A stretch of 32,000 bases of DNA from Candidatus Saccharimonadota bacterium (GTDB lineage: Bacteria; Patescibacteriota; Saccharimonadia; Saccharimonadales; Saccharimonadaceae). The notes beneath the pieces are model-generated. The model searched no databases, had not been told where the DNA came from, and was given only the letters and a program-made list of their open reading frames with translations. Positions 1 through 8,030 of the stretch are shown one piece after another. The DNA lies in assembly GCA_023898645.1 (NCBI GenBank), contig CP060232.1, forward strand, positions 30,001-62,000, written 5' to 3'. The translations under genes and the position numbers were made by a program. How positions within the stretch are numbered: position 1 is the stretch's first letter; every line of letters starts with the position of its first letter.

Positions 1-857
1 TCATTAATGACGGTAGTACCGATGATACGGCGAAGCTAGCAAAAAAGGCTGGCGCTAAGGTGTACGGAGATAGTCATTCCAAGGGGCTGGCTTTTCGTTT
101 CCGTGAAGCGGTCAGTATTGTGCTGGAGCAAGGTTTTGATGCTATGGTAAACATCGACGGCGACCTACAGTTCGCACCCGAGGATATACCCATGATGTTG
201 GCGCCGATTATAGCGGATGAAGCGGACTTTGTGGCGGCAGACAGGTTTACTGACCCAAAGACAGGGAAGCGAATCAAACCCAAGAATATGCCATTTGTGA
301 AATACCACGGCAACAAGGTTGGTGCCTGGGTGGTGGGCAAGCTAAGCGAAGAAAAATTTAGAGACGTAACTTGTGGTTTTCGTGCCTACGATCAAAAAGC
401 GCTGTATGCACTCAATATCAACGGCACACACACATATACGCAAGAGTCATTTCAGTTACTAGCCGCCCGACGTATGCGTATAAGGTCTATGCCGGTGAAG
501 GTTAAATATTTTAAGGATCGTAAGTCGCGCGTTGTAACGAGCATACCTAAATATATGGCCATTAGCTTGCTGAATATATTGCGAGCATTTCGTGATTTTG
601 CTCCGCTACGATTCTTTTTACTTATTGGCACGGTGCCGTTTGTTCTTGGCGTGATATGTCTCGTTTTTCTTGGTGTGTATTGGCTACGCGCACAACAACT
701 TTCACCATATAAATCAGTTGGTTTTGCAGGGCTTTACCTTGTGACACTGGGAGTATTCTTTTGGGCGCTTGGACTTGTGGCAGACATGCAAGTTCGCGTA
801 CTTAACAATCAAGAGAAGACCTATGAAGCTTTGCGTCGGCTGGCGAATCGTAAGTAA
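1..857 (+). CDS. Glycosyltransferase family 2, polyprenyl-phosphate-sugar synthase-like (DPM1/GtrB/ArnC-like); 5' end lies outside the window
   Basis: The frame of the tracked ORF (60-857) is open back to nt 3 (INDGSTDDTAKLAKKAGAKV...), which is the GT2 nucleotide-sugar-binding 'DDGS.D.T' region. It has an NIDGDLQF DxD-type motif and two C-terminal hydrophobic helices (FFLLIGTVPFVLGVICLVFLGVYW; GFAGLYLVTLGVFFWALGLVADM). It is clearly paralogous to the CDS at 8511-9452. Confidence 0.8.
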   Translation, partial: INDGSTDDTAKLAKKAGAKVYGDSHSKGLAFRFREAVSIVLEQGFDAMVNIDGDLQFAPEDIPMMLAPIIADEADFVAADRFTDPKTGKRIKPKNMPFVKYHGNKVGAWVVGKLSEEKFRDVTCGFRAYDQKALYALNINGTHTYTQESFQLLAARRMRIRSMPVKVKYFKDRKSRVVTSIPKYMAISLLNILRAFRDFAPLRFFLLIGTVPFVLGVICLVFLGVYWLRAQQLSPYKSVGFAGLYLVTLGVFFWALGLVADMQVRVLNNQEKTYEALRRLANRK

Positions 858-898
858 ATTCTACAAAGGGAATTGGTGCTACAATAGGCTTAACAATT

Positions 899-2386
899 AT
901 GCGTTTATTTTTATTGAAATCATATAGTTACGTTATGGCGAAATTAAACAGTCGATACTTTATGTTTGCTGTCCTTGCTTTGTTTGTGATTCAAGCACTT
1001 TGGATAGCTCTTAGTTTTCGTTTTTCAATGCTGTACGATGAAGCGTTTCATGTAGACGCTATAAAGTTATATAGCCATCAGATCTCACCGTATATTACAG
1101 ACCAGGCAACTTATTACGATAAATACGGTAGCCTAAGCCACGGCTGGGCTACATTGTTTCATTACGCGATGAGTTTTCCGTATCGCTTAATTTCTGTTTT
1201 TACGAACGATTTGGTAGTACGGGTTATTTCGCTACGCATTATAGACATTGCTATGGCAGCGACGGGAGTTTTCTTGCTTAGTGTGCTGTTTAGGAAGATG
1301 AAAATCAGACAGATATATATAAATATTACTCTTTTGATATATGTTCTCATTCCAATTACCCCATTTGTCGCTGCGACCATAAGCTATGACAATATGCTCT
1401 TGCCACTTACTGCTCTCTATTTCATCATGGGTATTGATCTACTAAAGAAAAAGAAAGTAGACGCGACCGATTACCTGAGGTTGATAATAATTGGATGTAT
1501 AGCGTCGCTTGTAAAGTTCACCTTTTTGCCGATATTTGCCGCAAGCGTACTGTTTATAGCTGTATTTATGTATAAGAAGCATTCTAAAGCTTTCTTTGTT
1601 GAATTTATAAAATCACTAAAGAAAAAATCAAAGAAAAGTATATATGTCTTAGTCTCACTTACTATAATCATTGTTGGGTGGTTTTCGTCGATATACTTAT
1701 ATAATCTTGCTGTTTATCACGCTGTAAACCCAGAGTGCTCAAGATTGATGAGTGAGAAAAGATGTGAAAGCAGTGGACTCGTGCAACGTAAAGAACAGGC
1801 GCTTGCCATAAGGAATGAGCTAAAGCAGACGGCAATGAACGCCGATCAATATATACAGTACTGGGTAAGTCATATGATCAACTGGTCGGTAACGACTGGG
1901 GCGCGCCCAAGTGATGGCGGAACCGTGGTAGCACAGCCAATAAAGTCTATATATAAGTTGATTTATATAGCTAGTTTTGTAGGCTTTGCTATACTACTTT
2001 ATTCATGGAGGTCTCTACACAAAGACGAAGGCTGGTATTTTCTTGTAACCATTACAGCGTCGCTGACGTTGGCGGAATTTTTGCAAAATTATCTTTTGTA
2101 TCAAAAACTGCTCTACCCTTTTTCTATACAGCCAAGGTATTTCCTCAGTGTCGTTCCGATAGTTATCGTCATGTGCATGATGGCGTGTGCTTTCGTGTTG
2201 AGGAAGGTAAAGCCGGAATATAAACTATTGGTGGTTGCTGTGTTCTTCATGCTTATGACTCAAGGGGGTGGGCTGACGACTCATATACTTTTAAGTCAAG
2301 ATACGTGGTATTGGGATAACTCTACGGTGAGAGATGTAAATGACACGGCAAAAAAGATTCTTCACCCACTAGTAATTGGATCGTGA
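899..2386 (+). CDS. Polytopic membrane protein, GT-C-fold glycosyltransferase-like (ArnT/PMT/GtrC-like)
   Basis: 495-aa ORF with roughly 10 or more hydrophobic segments. It has an acidic 'YDEAFH' motif just after TM1, where GT-C enzymes carry their DE/DD motif, and a large soluble loop (aa ~270-350). It lies directly downstream of a GT2 polyprenyl-P-sugar synthase-like gene. ATG 899 is preceded by TGcTACAAT (877-885). An alternative start at ATG 935 is preceded by TATAGT (923-928). Confidence 0.55.
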   Translation: MRLFLLKSYSYVMAKLNSRYFMFAVLALFVIQALWIALSFRFSMLYDEAFHVDAIKLYSHQISPYITDQATYYDKYGSLSHGWATLFHYAMSFPYRLISVFTNDLVVRVISLRIIDIAMAATGVFLLSVLFRKMKIRQIYINITLLIYVLIPITPFVAATISYDNMLLPLTALYFIMGIDLLKKKKVDATDYLRLIIIGCIASLVKFTFLPIFAASVLFIAVFMYKKHSKAFFVEFIKSLKKKSKKSIYVLVSLTIIIVGWFSSIYLYNLAVYHAVNPECSRLMSEKRCESSGLVQRKEQALAIRNELKQTAMNADQYIQYWVSHMINWSVTTGARPSDGGTVVAQPIKSIYKLIYIASFVGFAILLYSWRSLHKDEGWYFLVTITASLTLAEFLQNYLLYQKLLYPFSIQPRYFLSVVPIVIVMCMMACAFVLRKVKPEYKLLVVAVFFMLMTQGGGLTTHILLSQDTWYWDNSTVRDVNDTAKKILHPLVIGS

Positions 2387-2390
2387 AATT

Positions 2391-3539
2391 ATGATGAATA
2401 TAACTCTACTGGGTAGCTTGCCGCCGCACAAAGGAATAAGCAAGTACATGTCGGCATTATTAGACGGGTTGGACGGAGTTGATAATTTGCATGTGGATGT
2501 ATTAGCGTTTAAAAATATATATCCAGACATACTGTATCCAGGCGGCACGAAAGATCCTAGTATGCGACTGGCAAAGGACACAAAAAATATCAAAATACGG
2601 AATTTTTTAAATTGGTATAATCCAATCGGTTGGATTTATGCAGGATTTACAGTTCGTGGCGACATATTGCATGTGCAGTGGTGGACTTATGTGCTCGCGC
2701 CTGTATACGTGACAATCATACTAATAGCTAAATATATACGAAGAAAGAAAATCGTTGTTACGGTGCACAACGTAAAGCCGCATGAAGGTGGCTTGATTAA
2801 AACTTTAGCTAATAAGATGATTGTAGCGCTAGGTGACCGCTTTATCGTGCATACGGACGATGGAAAAAAGGATTTTTGCGATACGTACCATAAGCCTGTA
2901 AATATAGTTGACGTGGTACCACACGGAATATTAATGCCTGATGCTGATATAAAAAATATAACCAAGTCTGAAGCGCGTAAACAGCTTAATGTGCCACAAG
3001 ACAAAAAAGTCATATTGTTCTTTGGGATAATTCGTGAATATAAGGGTCTAGATATATTGATAAAAGCCATGTCTGAAATCATAAAAAAGGAACCAAAGGC
3101 ACACTTGATAATAGCTGGAAAGCCGTGGGAGGGTTGGGAAAAATACGAAGAAATAATCAACTATCACGACCTAAATAAATCAGTTCAACTAAATTTGGAG
3201 TTTATACCTGAGGGCGATATTGAGAAGTATTTTCGAGCAGCAGACCTCGTGGTTTTGCCATATAAGCATTTCGATGCACAGAGTGGCGCGGGTACGCTAG
3301 CACTTCCGTTTGGCAAAGCGATGATAGTCACAAATACGGGTGGATTGCCGGAATTGGTGGTGAATAAGAGCGTCATTGCGAGGGTGGACGATGTGCAAGA
3401 CCTTGCGACGAAGATAGTGTTGGTGCTTGCTGACGAAAAGCTCAAAAGCACCCTAGAGTCTGACGCGCGTAGACTTGCTAATGAGCTGTCTTGGGACGCA
3501 GTGGCAATACGGACACAAAAGACATATAATAGTCTCTAG
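2391..3539 (+). CDS. Glycosyltransferase family 4 (GT-B fold, Glycos_transf_1-like)
   Basis: The C-terminal half shows the typical GT4 pattern (KKVILFFGIIREYKGLDILIKAM... IAGKP... ADLVVLPY... SGAGTLALPFGKAMIVTNTGGLPELV). The tracked ORF begins at TTG 2376, overlapping the previous stop. ATG 2391/2394 (MMNITLLGS) is the more likely start. Confidence 0.85.
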   Translation: MMNITLLGSLPPHKGISKYMSALLDGLDGVDNLHVDVLAFKNIYPDILYPGGTKDPSMRLAKDTKNIKIRNFLNWYNPIGWIYAGFTVRGDILHVQWWTYVLAPVYVTIILIAKYIRRKKIVVTVHNVKPHEGGLIKTLANKMIVALGDRFIVHTDDGKKDFCDTYHKPVNIVDVVPHGILMPDADIKNITKSEARKQLNVPQDKKVILFFGIIREYKGLDILIKAMSEIIKKEPKAHLIIAGKPWEGWEKYEEIINYHDLNKSVQLNLEFIPEGDIEKYFRAADLVVLPYKHFDAQSGAGTLALPFGKAMIVTNTGGLPELVVNKSVIARVDDVQDLATKIVLVLADEKLKSTLESDARRLANELSWDAVAIRTQKTYNSL

Positions 3540-3544
3540 TTTGT

Positions 3545-4450
3545 ATGAATAAGGGTAAGAGTGAGCACAGCGATGAAGTGTGGCCAAATTTTTTGATAAT
3601 TGGTGAGCCACGAAGCGGTACTACGTCTTTGCACGACTGGCTTAGCATGCACCCAGATTTATACATGTCATCCGTAAAAGAGCCGCACTACTTTTCGTCG
3701 ATAAACTTTCCGAAAATAGAAAAGCAAATATTGCATACAACTCGCAGCAAAAGAAAATATTTGAGTTATTTCAAAGATGGCGCAAATAAGCCTTTTCGGG
3801 GTGAGTCGAGCACCTATTATTTGTCTGACCCTGAAGCACCAAGAAAAATAAAGAAAGCCATACCTGACGTAAAGCTGATTGCAGTGTTGCGCGAACCTGT
3901 TGATCGCGCGTTTTCGCACTATCTACTTTATAATCGACGAGGTACTCAGCAGCAATCGTTTACAGACGTTGTGAGTGAAAATCTGAAAGGTAAAACCAAC
4001 CCCGCGTATGACCTAGTAGAGCTAGGTAGGTATTATAAGCATCTGAAGAATTACGGCAAATATTTTGACAATGACCAGATACTAGTCGTGCTGTTTGATG
4101 ATTTGAAAAAAGAACCGCGTGTCGTTATAAAGCGAGTGCTTGATTTTTTGGGTGCCGATACGAGGGTGGTAGACAGTCTTAATATCAAGACAGCAAGCAA
4201 CGCTTATGCGCAACCACGCAACAAACTGTCGAACGCACTATTGTCTAATAGAATATTGACGAATATTGGCTTAAGAATAGTACCTCGACCTGCGTTGAAA
4301 AAGATCCGCACGAAATTATTGATGAGCGGGAAAAAGCCAGAAATTGATAAACGCGCCGAAACCACACTAATAAAGGTATATAGAAAGCAAATCGACCAAC
4401 TTGAAGTTTTATTAAATCAGGATTGTTCATCACTACGGAGGGTTAATTAA
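3545..4450 (+). CDS. PAPS-dependent sulfotransferase
   Basis: N-terminal 5'-phosphosulfate-binding loop 'IIGEPRSGTTSL' (PKxGTT-like). 3'-phosphate-binding region 'LIAVLREPVDRAFSHY' (R-x7-S). Size of about 300 aa. It is adjacent to the PAPS synthesis genes. Confidence 0.8.
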   Translation: MNKGKSEHSDEVWPNFLIIGEPRSGTTSLHDWLSMHPDLYMSSVKEPHYFSSINFPKIEKQILHTTRSKRKYLSYFKDGANKPFRGESSTYYLSDPEAPRKIKKAIPDVKLIAVLREPVDRAFSHYLLYNRRGTQQQSFTDVVSENLKGKTNPAYDLVELGRYYKHLKNYGKYFDNDQILVVLFDDLKKEPRVVIKRVLDFLGADTRVVDSLNIKTASNAYAQPRNKLSNALLSNRILTNIGLRIVPRPALKKIRTKLLMSGKKPEIDKRAETTLIKVYRKQIDQLEVLLNQDCSSLRRVN

Positions 4451-4483
4451 GCCCCTAAAATTTATTTAAGCAGTCGTTGTACG

Positions 4484-5452
4484 CTATGATTTGCTACTTA
4501 GTTTAAAAATAGATGTGTGTAATAGCTTGGGTGTATAGTATGAAGACAATACTCCGGCTAGGATGAATGTTAATAGTCGCAGTAGTATCGCAACGACGAG
4601 TGTAGGGGCTATGGGCACGCCAGCGATTTGTGCCGCTAGAACCATAAGGCCCTCTCGCACGCCAAGACTACCAGGAGTTATAGCGAAAAGGACCGACCAG
4701 GTAGTGAGTGATGATATGAAAAATACATTGACAACATTCAAATGAGATCCCAAGGATGCGTACAGGAAGAAGTACGTAGCCCCAAGCGCTGTGATGTTAA
4801 CAAGCATCCATAATACGGTACGAGGGAGGAGCTTAGGGTGACTTCGAACGGTTTCATAACCGTCAAGTAATTCACGAAGCCTTTCAAGTAAGCGATTATT
4901 CTTTGCACCCTCTTTTTCTATGAGATGCCTCAGGCGAGATACGGGCAAATTGAGGAGTGACAAAAAGAAAATCACGACGACACCAACGGTTATAAGGGCA
5001 CTATCATTATAGGTAGACAGCTTCTCGAGCGCAAAGAATGTCACGATGGCAAAGACCCCAGATATCATAAATTGCAGTAAATTACTGATGATAAAACTGG
5101 AGGAAAACTTTGTGTATGAGACACCATAGGTTTTCTTTAGGTAGGTTGCCCTGACGGTGGCACTTATGTAACTGGGAGACAATTGGTTAGTAAATCGTGT
5201 GATTGCTGCAAGTCCAAAAGCTTCTTGTCGCTTGAGTTTTATACCGTGTGGCTCGGTGGCGAGATCAATGACGACACCTGCGCCATATATGTTGATTGTC
5301 AAGAATAGTAATGCTGGGACAAGATAAAGTGGGTCTGTGATGGCGATTTTTGCGAAGTCGTCATGATTTGCAACGACATACCAAATAGCTATACAGACGA
5401 AGAGCAAGACAACAGTCGTACTGACAAGGGATTTAAAGAGTTCTTTTTTCAT
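4484..5452 (-). CDS. UPF0104 / LPG_synthase_TM-like (MprF flippase-domain-like) integral membrane protein
   Basis: 322 aa with about 8 TM segments. The central charged loop 'RLRHLIEKEGAKNNRLLERLRELLDGYETVRSHPKLL' is followed by 'LWMLVNITALGATYFFLYASLG' and '...ITPGSLGVREG', which is characteristic of the family. Confidence 0.65.
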   Translation of the reverse strand: MKKELFKSLVSTTVVLLFVCIAIWYVVANHDDFAKIAITDPLYLVPALLFLTINIYGAGVVIDLATEPHGIKLKRQEAFGLAAITRFTNQLSPSYISATVRATYLKKTYGVSYTKFSSSFIISNLLQFMISGVFAIVTFFALEKLSTYNDSALITVGVVVIFFLSLLNLPVSRLRHLIEKEGAKNNRLLERLRELLDGYETVRSHPKLLPRTVLWMLVNITALGATYFFLYASLGSHLNVVNVFFISSLTTWSVLFAITPGSLGVREGLMVLAAQIAGVPIAPTLVVAILLRLLTFILAGVLSSYYTPKLLHTSIFKLSSKS

Positions 5453-5465
5453 AGAGCTGTTTACT

Positions 5466-5503
5466 ATTTTACCACGGAAGCACCCCGATAAGCATGGTAT
5501 TAT
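5466..5503. promoter_or_regulatory. Divergent promoter pair between the UPF0104 gene and sat/cysC
   Basis: Minus strand: TGGTAAAAT (5466-5474), 13 nt from ATG 5452. Plus strand: TGGTATTAT (5495-5503), followed by a ~30-nt leader with a GAGGAA SD. Confidence 0.5.
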
Positions 5504-5536
5504 GGGGTAAGTAAAATTGCGAGGAAATGGGGAAAT

Positions 5537-7252
5537 ATGCGAGAGACTGACGTACCGCGTGGAGGGAAACTAGTTGATTTGTTGGTTGGTAGCAAACGAG
5601 CTGCAGACGTAAAAAAGCAAAGCGCACAATACAAAAGTTGGAACCTGACACCTAGGCAGATTTGCGATACAGAATTGTTGATAAACGGCGGCTTTTCGCC
5701 GCTTAAAGGCTTCATGAATAAAGCAGATTACGAAAATGTTTGCAAAAACATGCGGCTTGCTGATGGTACGCTCTGGCCAATGCCAATCACGCTCGACGTA
5801 GACGAGATGTTTGCAAACAGTCTGAAAAAGGGCAAGAAGATTGCACTTCGCGACCAAGAAGGCGTGATACTAGCCATACTGACCGTTGGTGATGTGTGGA
5901 AGCCGAATAAATCCAAAGAAGCCGAGCAAGTATATGGCAAGGACGACAAAGCTCACCCTGCTGTCGCTTATTTGCACGATACTGCGGGTGATTACTATGT
6001 GGGCGGCACACTCGAAGGCTTGGAATTGCCAAGCTATTATGATTTCAACGAGCTGCGCTATACACCACAGGAGCTACGTAATCATTTTAAAAAGATGGGT
6101 TGGACGAAGATTGTGGCGTTTCAAACGCGCAACCCTATGCATCGTAACCACGCTGAAGCTGTGTTGCGTGCCGCTAAGCAGTCTGAGGCTGCGGTGCTGA
6201 TACACCCGGTTGTGGGCATGACGAAGCCGGGCGACGTAGACCACTATACGCGTGTACGAGTGTATAAGTCAGTGATTAATCGTTTTCCTGCGTCGACAGC
6301 TATGATTTCGCTACTCCCGCTGGCTATGCGTATGGGCGGCCCACGCGAGGCCGTGTGGCATGCGATTATTCGTAAAAACTATGGCGTGACGCATTTCATT
6401 GTGGGTCGCGACCATGCTGGTCCGGGCAAAGATTCTGACGGTAACGATTTTTATGACCCATTAGATGCCATGGCGCTGGCTCGTAAGTACGCCTCAGAGA
6501 TTGGAATTGAAATCATGGAGGCTGGTTTCCTATCTTACGTAAAGGAACTCGACAAATACATGGAGTCAAAGGAAGTGCCAGAGGGTATGGAAGTACTGAA
6601 TATATCTGGTACCGAACTACGCGCACGACTAGCAGAGGGTCGTGAACTACCCGAATGGTTTACATACCCAGAAGTGGCGACAGAGCTGCGCCGTACATAC
6701 AAGCCACGACACCAACAAGGATTTACAGTGTTTTTCACTGGCTTGTCGGGATCGGGCAAGTCGACAATTGCAAACGCGCTGATGGTTAAGATGATGGAGC
6801 AAGGTGGGCGAACCGTGACGCTGCTTGACGGTGACGTGGTGCGCAAAAATCTTTCTAGCGAACTAGGCTTTAGCAAAGAGCACCGTGATTTGAACGTAAC
6901 GCGTATCGGCTATGTGGCATCGGAGATATCCAAACATGGTGGCGTAGCAATATGTGCGCCGATTGCACCGTATGACGATGTGCGCAAAAAGGTGCGCGGT
7001 ATAGTAAAAGACAATGGCGGCATGTTTGTGCTAGTGCATGTAGCTACGCCACTCGAAGTGTGTGAAGATCGTGATCGCAAGGGGCTATATGCTGCGGCTC
7101 GTGCGGGTAAAATCAAGGAATTTACTGGTATATCTGACCCATATGAAGAGCCGGCAGATGCGGACGTGACACTACATACAACCGAAAATACACCAGAAGA
7201 GCTGGCAAATCAGATTTTGCTACACCTGGAAAAAGAAGGCTTGTTGCAATAA
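5537..7252 (+). CDS. sat/cysC: Bifunctional sulfate adenylyltransferase (ATP sulfurylase) / adenylylsulfate (APS) kinase
   Basis: ATP sulfurylase motifs 'FQTRNPMHRNHAE' and 'HFIVGRDHAGPG', with a PUA-like N-terminal domain. The C-terminal domain carries an intact APS-kinase P-loop 'FFTGLSGSGKSTIANAL' and 'LDGDVVRKNL... FSKEHRDLNVTRIG'. A GAGGAA SD lies at 5521-5526. Confidence 0.93.
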   Translation: MRETDVPRGGKLVDLLVGSKRAADVKKQSAQYKSWNLTPRQICDTELLINGGFSPLKGFMNKADYENVCKNMRLADGTLWPMPITLDVDEMFANSLKKGKKIALRDQEGVILAILTVGDVWKPNKSKEAEQVYGKDDKAHPAVAYLHDTAGDYYVGGTLEGLELPSYYDFNELRYTPQELRNHFKKMGWTKIVAFQTRNPMHRNHAEAVLRAAKQSEAAVLIHPVVGMTKPGDVDHYTRVRVYKSVINRFPASTAMISLLPLAMRMGGPREAVWHAIIRKNYGVTHFIVGRDHAGPGKDSDGNDFYDPLDAMALARKYASEIGIEIMEAGFLSYVKELDKYMESKEVPEGMEVLNISGTELRARLAEGRELPEWFTYPEVATELRRTYKPRHQQGFTVFFTGLSGSGKSTIANALMVKMMEQGGRTVTLLDGDVVRKNLSSELGFSKEHRDLNVTRIGYVASEISKHGGVAICAPIAPYDDVRKKVRGIVKDNGGMFVLVHVATPLEVCEDRDRKGLYAAARAGKIKEFTGISDPYEEPADADVTLHTTENTPEELANQILLHLEKEGLLQ

Positions 7253-7254
7253 AC

Positions 7255-8028
7255 ATGGCTGATTTGTTGGACGAGGTTATTGATTTGGCTAAGGTTGCTG
7301 GCGATGCAATCATGGAAGTATATGAGTCGGATGATTTTGATGTTGAGATCAAAGACGACAGCTCGCCCCTGACACGCGCCGACAAAGCCGCGCACGATGT
7401 CATAGTAAAAGGCCTAGCGAAAATTAGCGACTACGATATTGTTTCGGAGGAGGGCGAGGGCCGTAATCCTGCAACAGAGGCATACTGGCTAGTTGACCCG
7501 CTCGACGGCACCAAAGAGTTTGTGAAGCGCAACGGTGAGTTTACGGTAAATATAGCCTTGATAAAAGACAAAAGGCCGGTGCTCGGTGTGGTGTATGCAC
7601 CTGTGCTCGATGTTTATTATTGTGGAGACGTGCTGGCAAATCGAGCGATCAAAATCGAAAAAGGCGAACAAAAAGAGATCCATGCGACCCCTGCCGCAGG
7701 TTTGCCGACTATTGTCGTGAGTCGTTCACACAAAGATGAGCAAACACAAAAGTTGCTTGATTCAATTGGCGAATGTAACGAAGTGGCTATGGGGTCTTCG
7801 CTCAAGCTTTGTTTGGTTGCCGAGGGAGCTGCTTCGCTATATCCTCGCCTTGGTCCAACGAGTTTGTGGGATACTGCTGCAGCTGATGCTGTAGTTGTGG
7901 CTGCAGGTGGAGCGGTAAAAGATCTTGCGGGTGAAATGCTACGCTACGATCCGCGAGAAGACATATTGAATCCGTATTTTGTGGTTGAGTCTGCGGATAA
8001 TAGAATTGACTGGAAGGTTTGCTTGTAG
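7255..8028 (+). CDS. cysQ: 3'(2'),5'-bisphosphate nucleotidase (PAP phosphatase), inositol monophosphatase family
   Basis: Motifs 'SEE', 'WLVDPLDGTKEF' and 'WDTAAADAVVVAAGG'. Size of 257 aa. It starts 2 nt after the sat/cysC stop. Confidence 0.88.
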   Translation: MADLLDEVIDLAKVAGDAIMEVYESDDFDVEIKDDSSPLTRADKAAHDVIVKGLAKISDYDIVSEEGEGRNPATEAYWLVDPLDGTKEFVKRNGEFTVNIALIKDKRPVLGVVYAPVLDVYYCGDVLANRAIKIEKGEQKEIHATPAAGLPTIVVSRSHKDEQTQKLLDSIGECNEVAMGSSLKLCLVAEGAASLYPRLGPTSLWDTAAADAVVVAAGGAVKDLAGEMLRYDPREDILNPYFVVESADNRIDWKVCL

Positions 8029-8030
8029 TG

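Noticed and set aside
5537-8028. Interpreting sat/cysC/cysQ as ordinary assimilatory sulfate reduction genes.
   Set aside because: No PAPS/APS reductase, sulfite reductase or cysteine synthase is in the window, and the context is entirely glycan biosynthesis with a sulfotransferase. This can only be settled by inspecting the whole genome.
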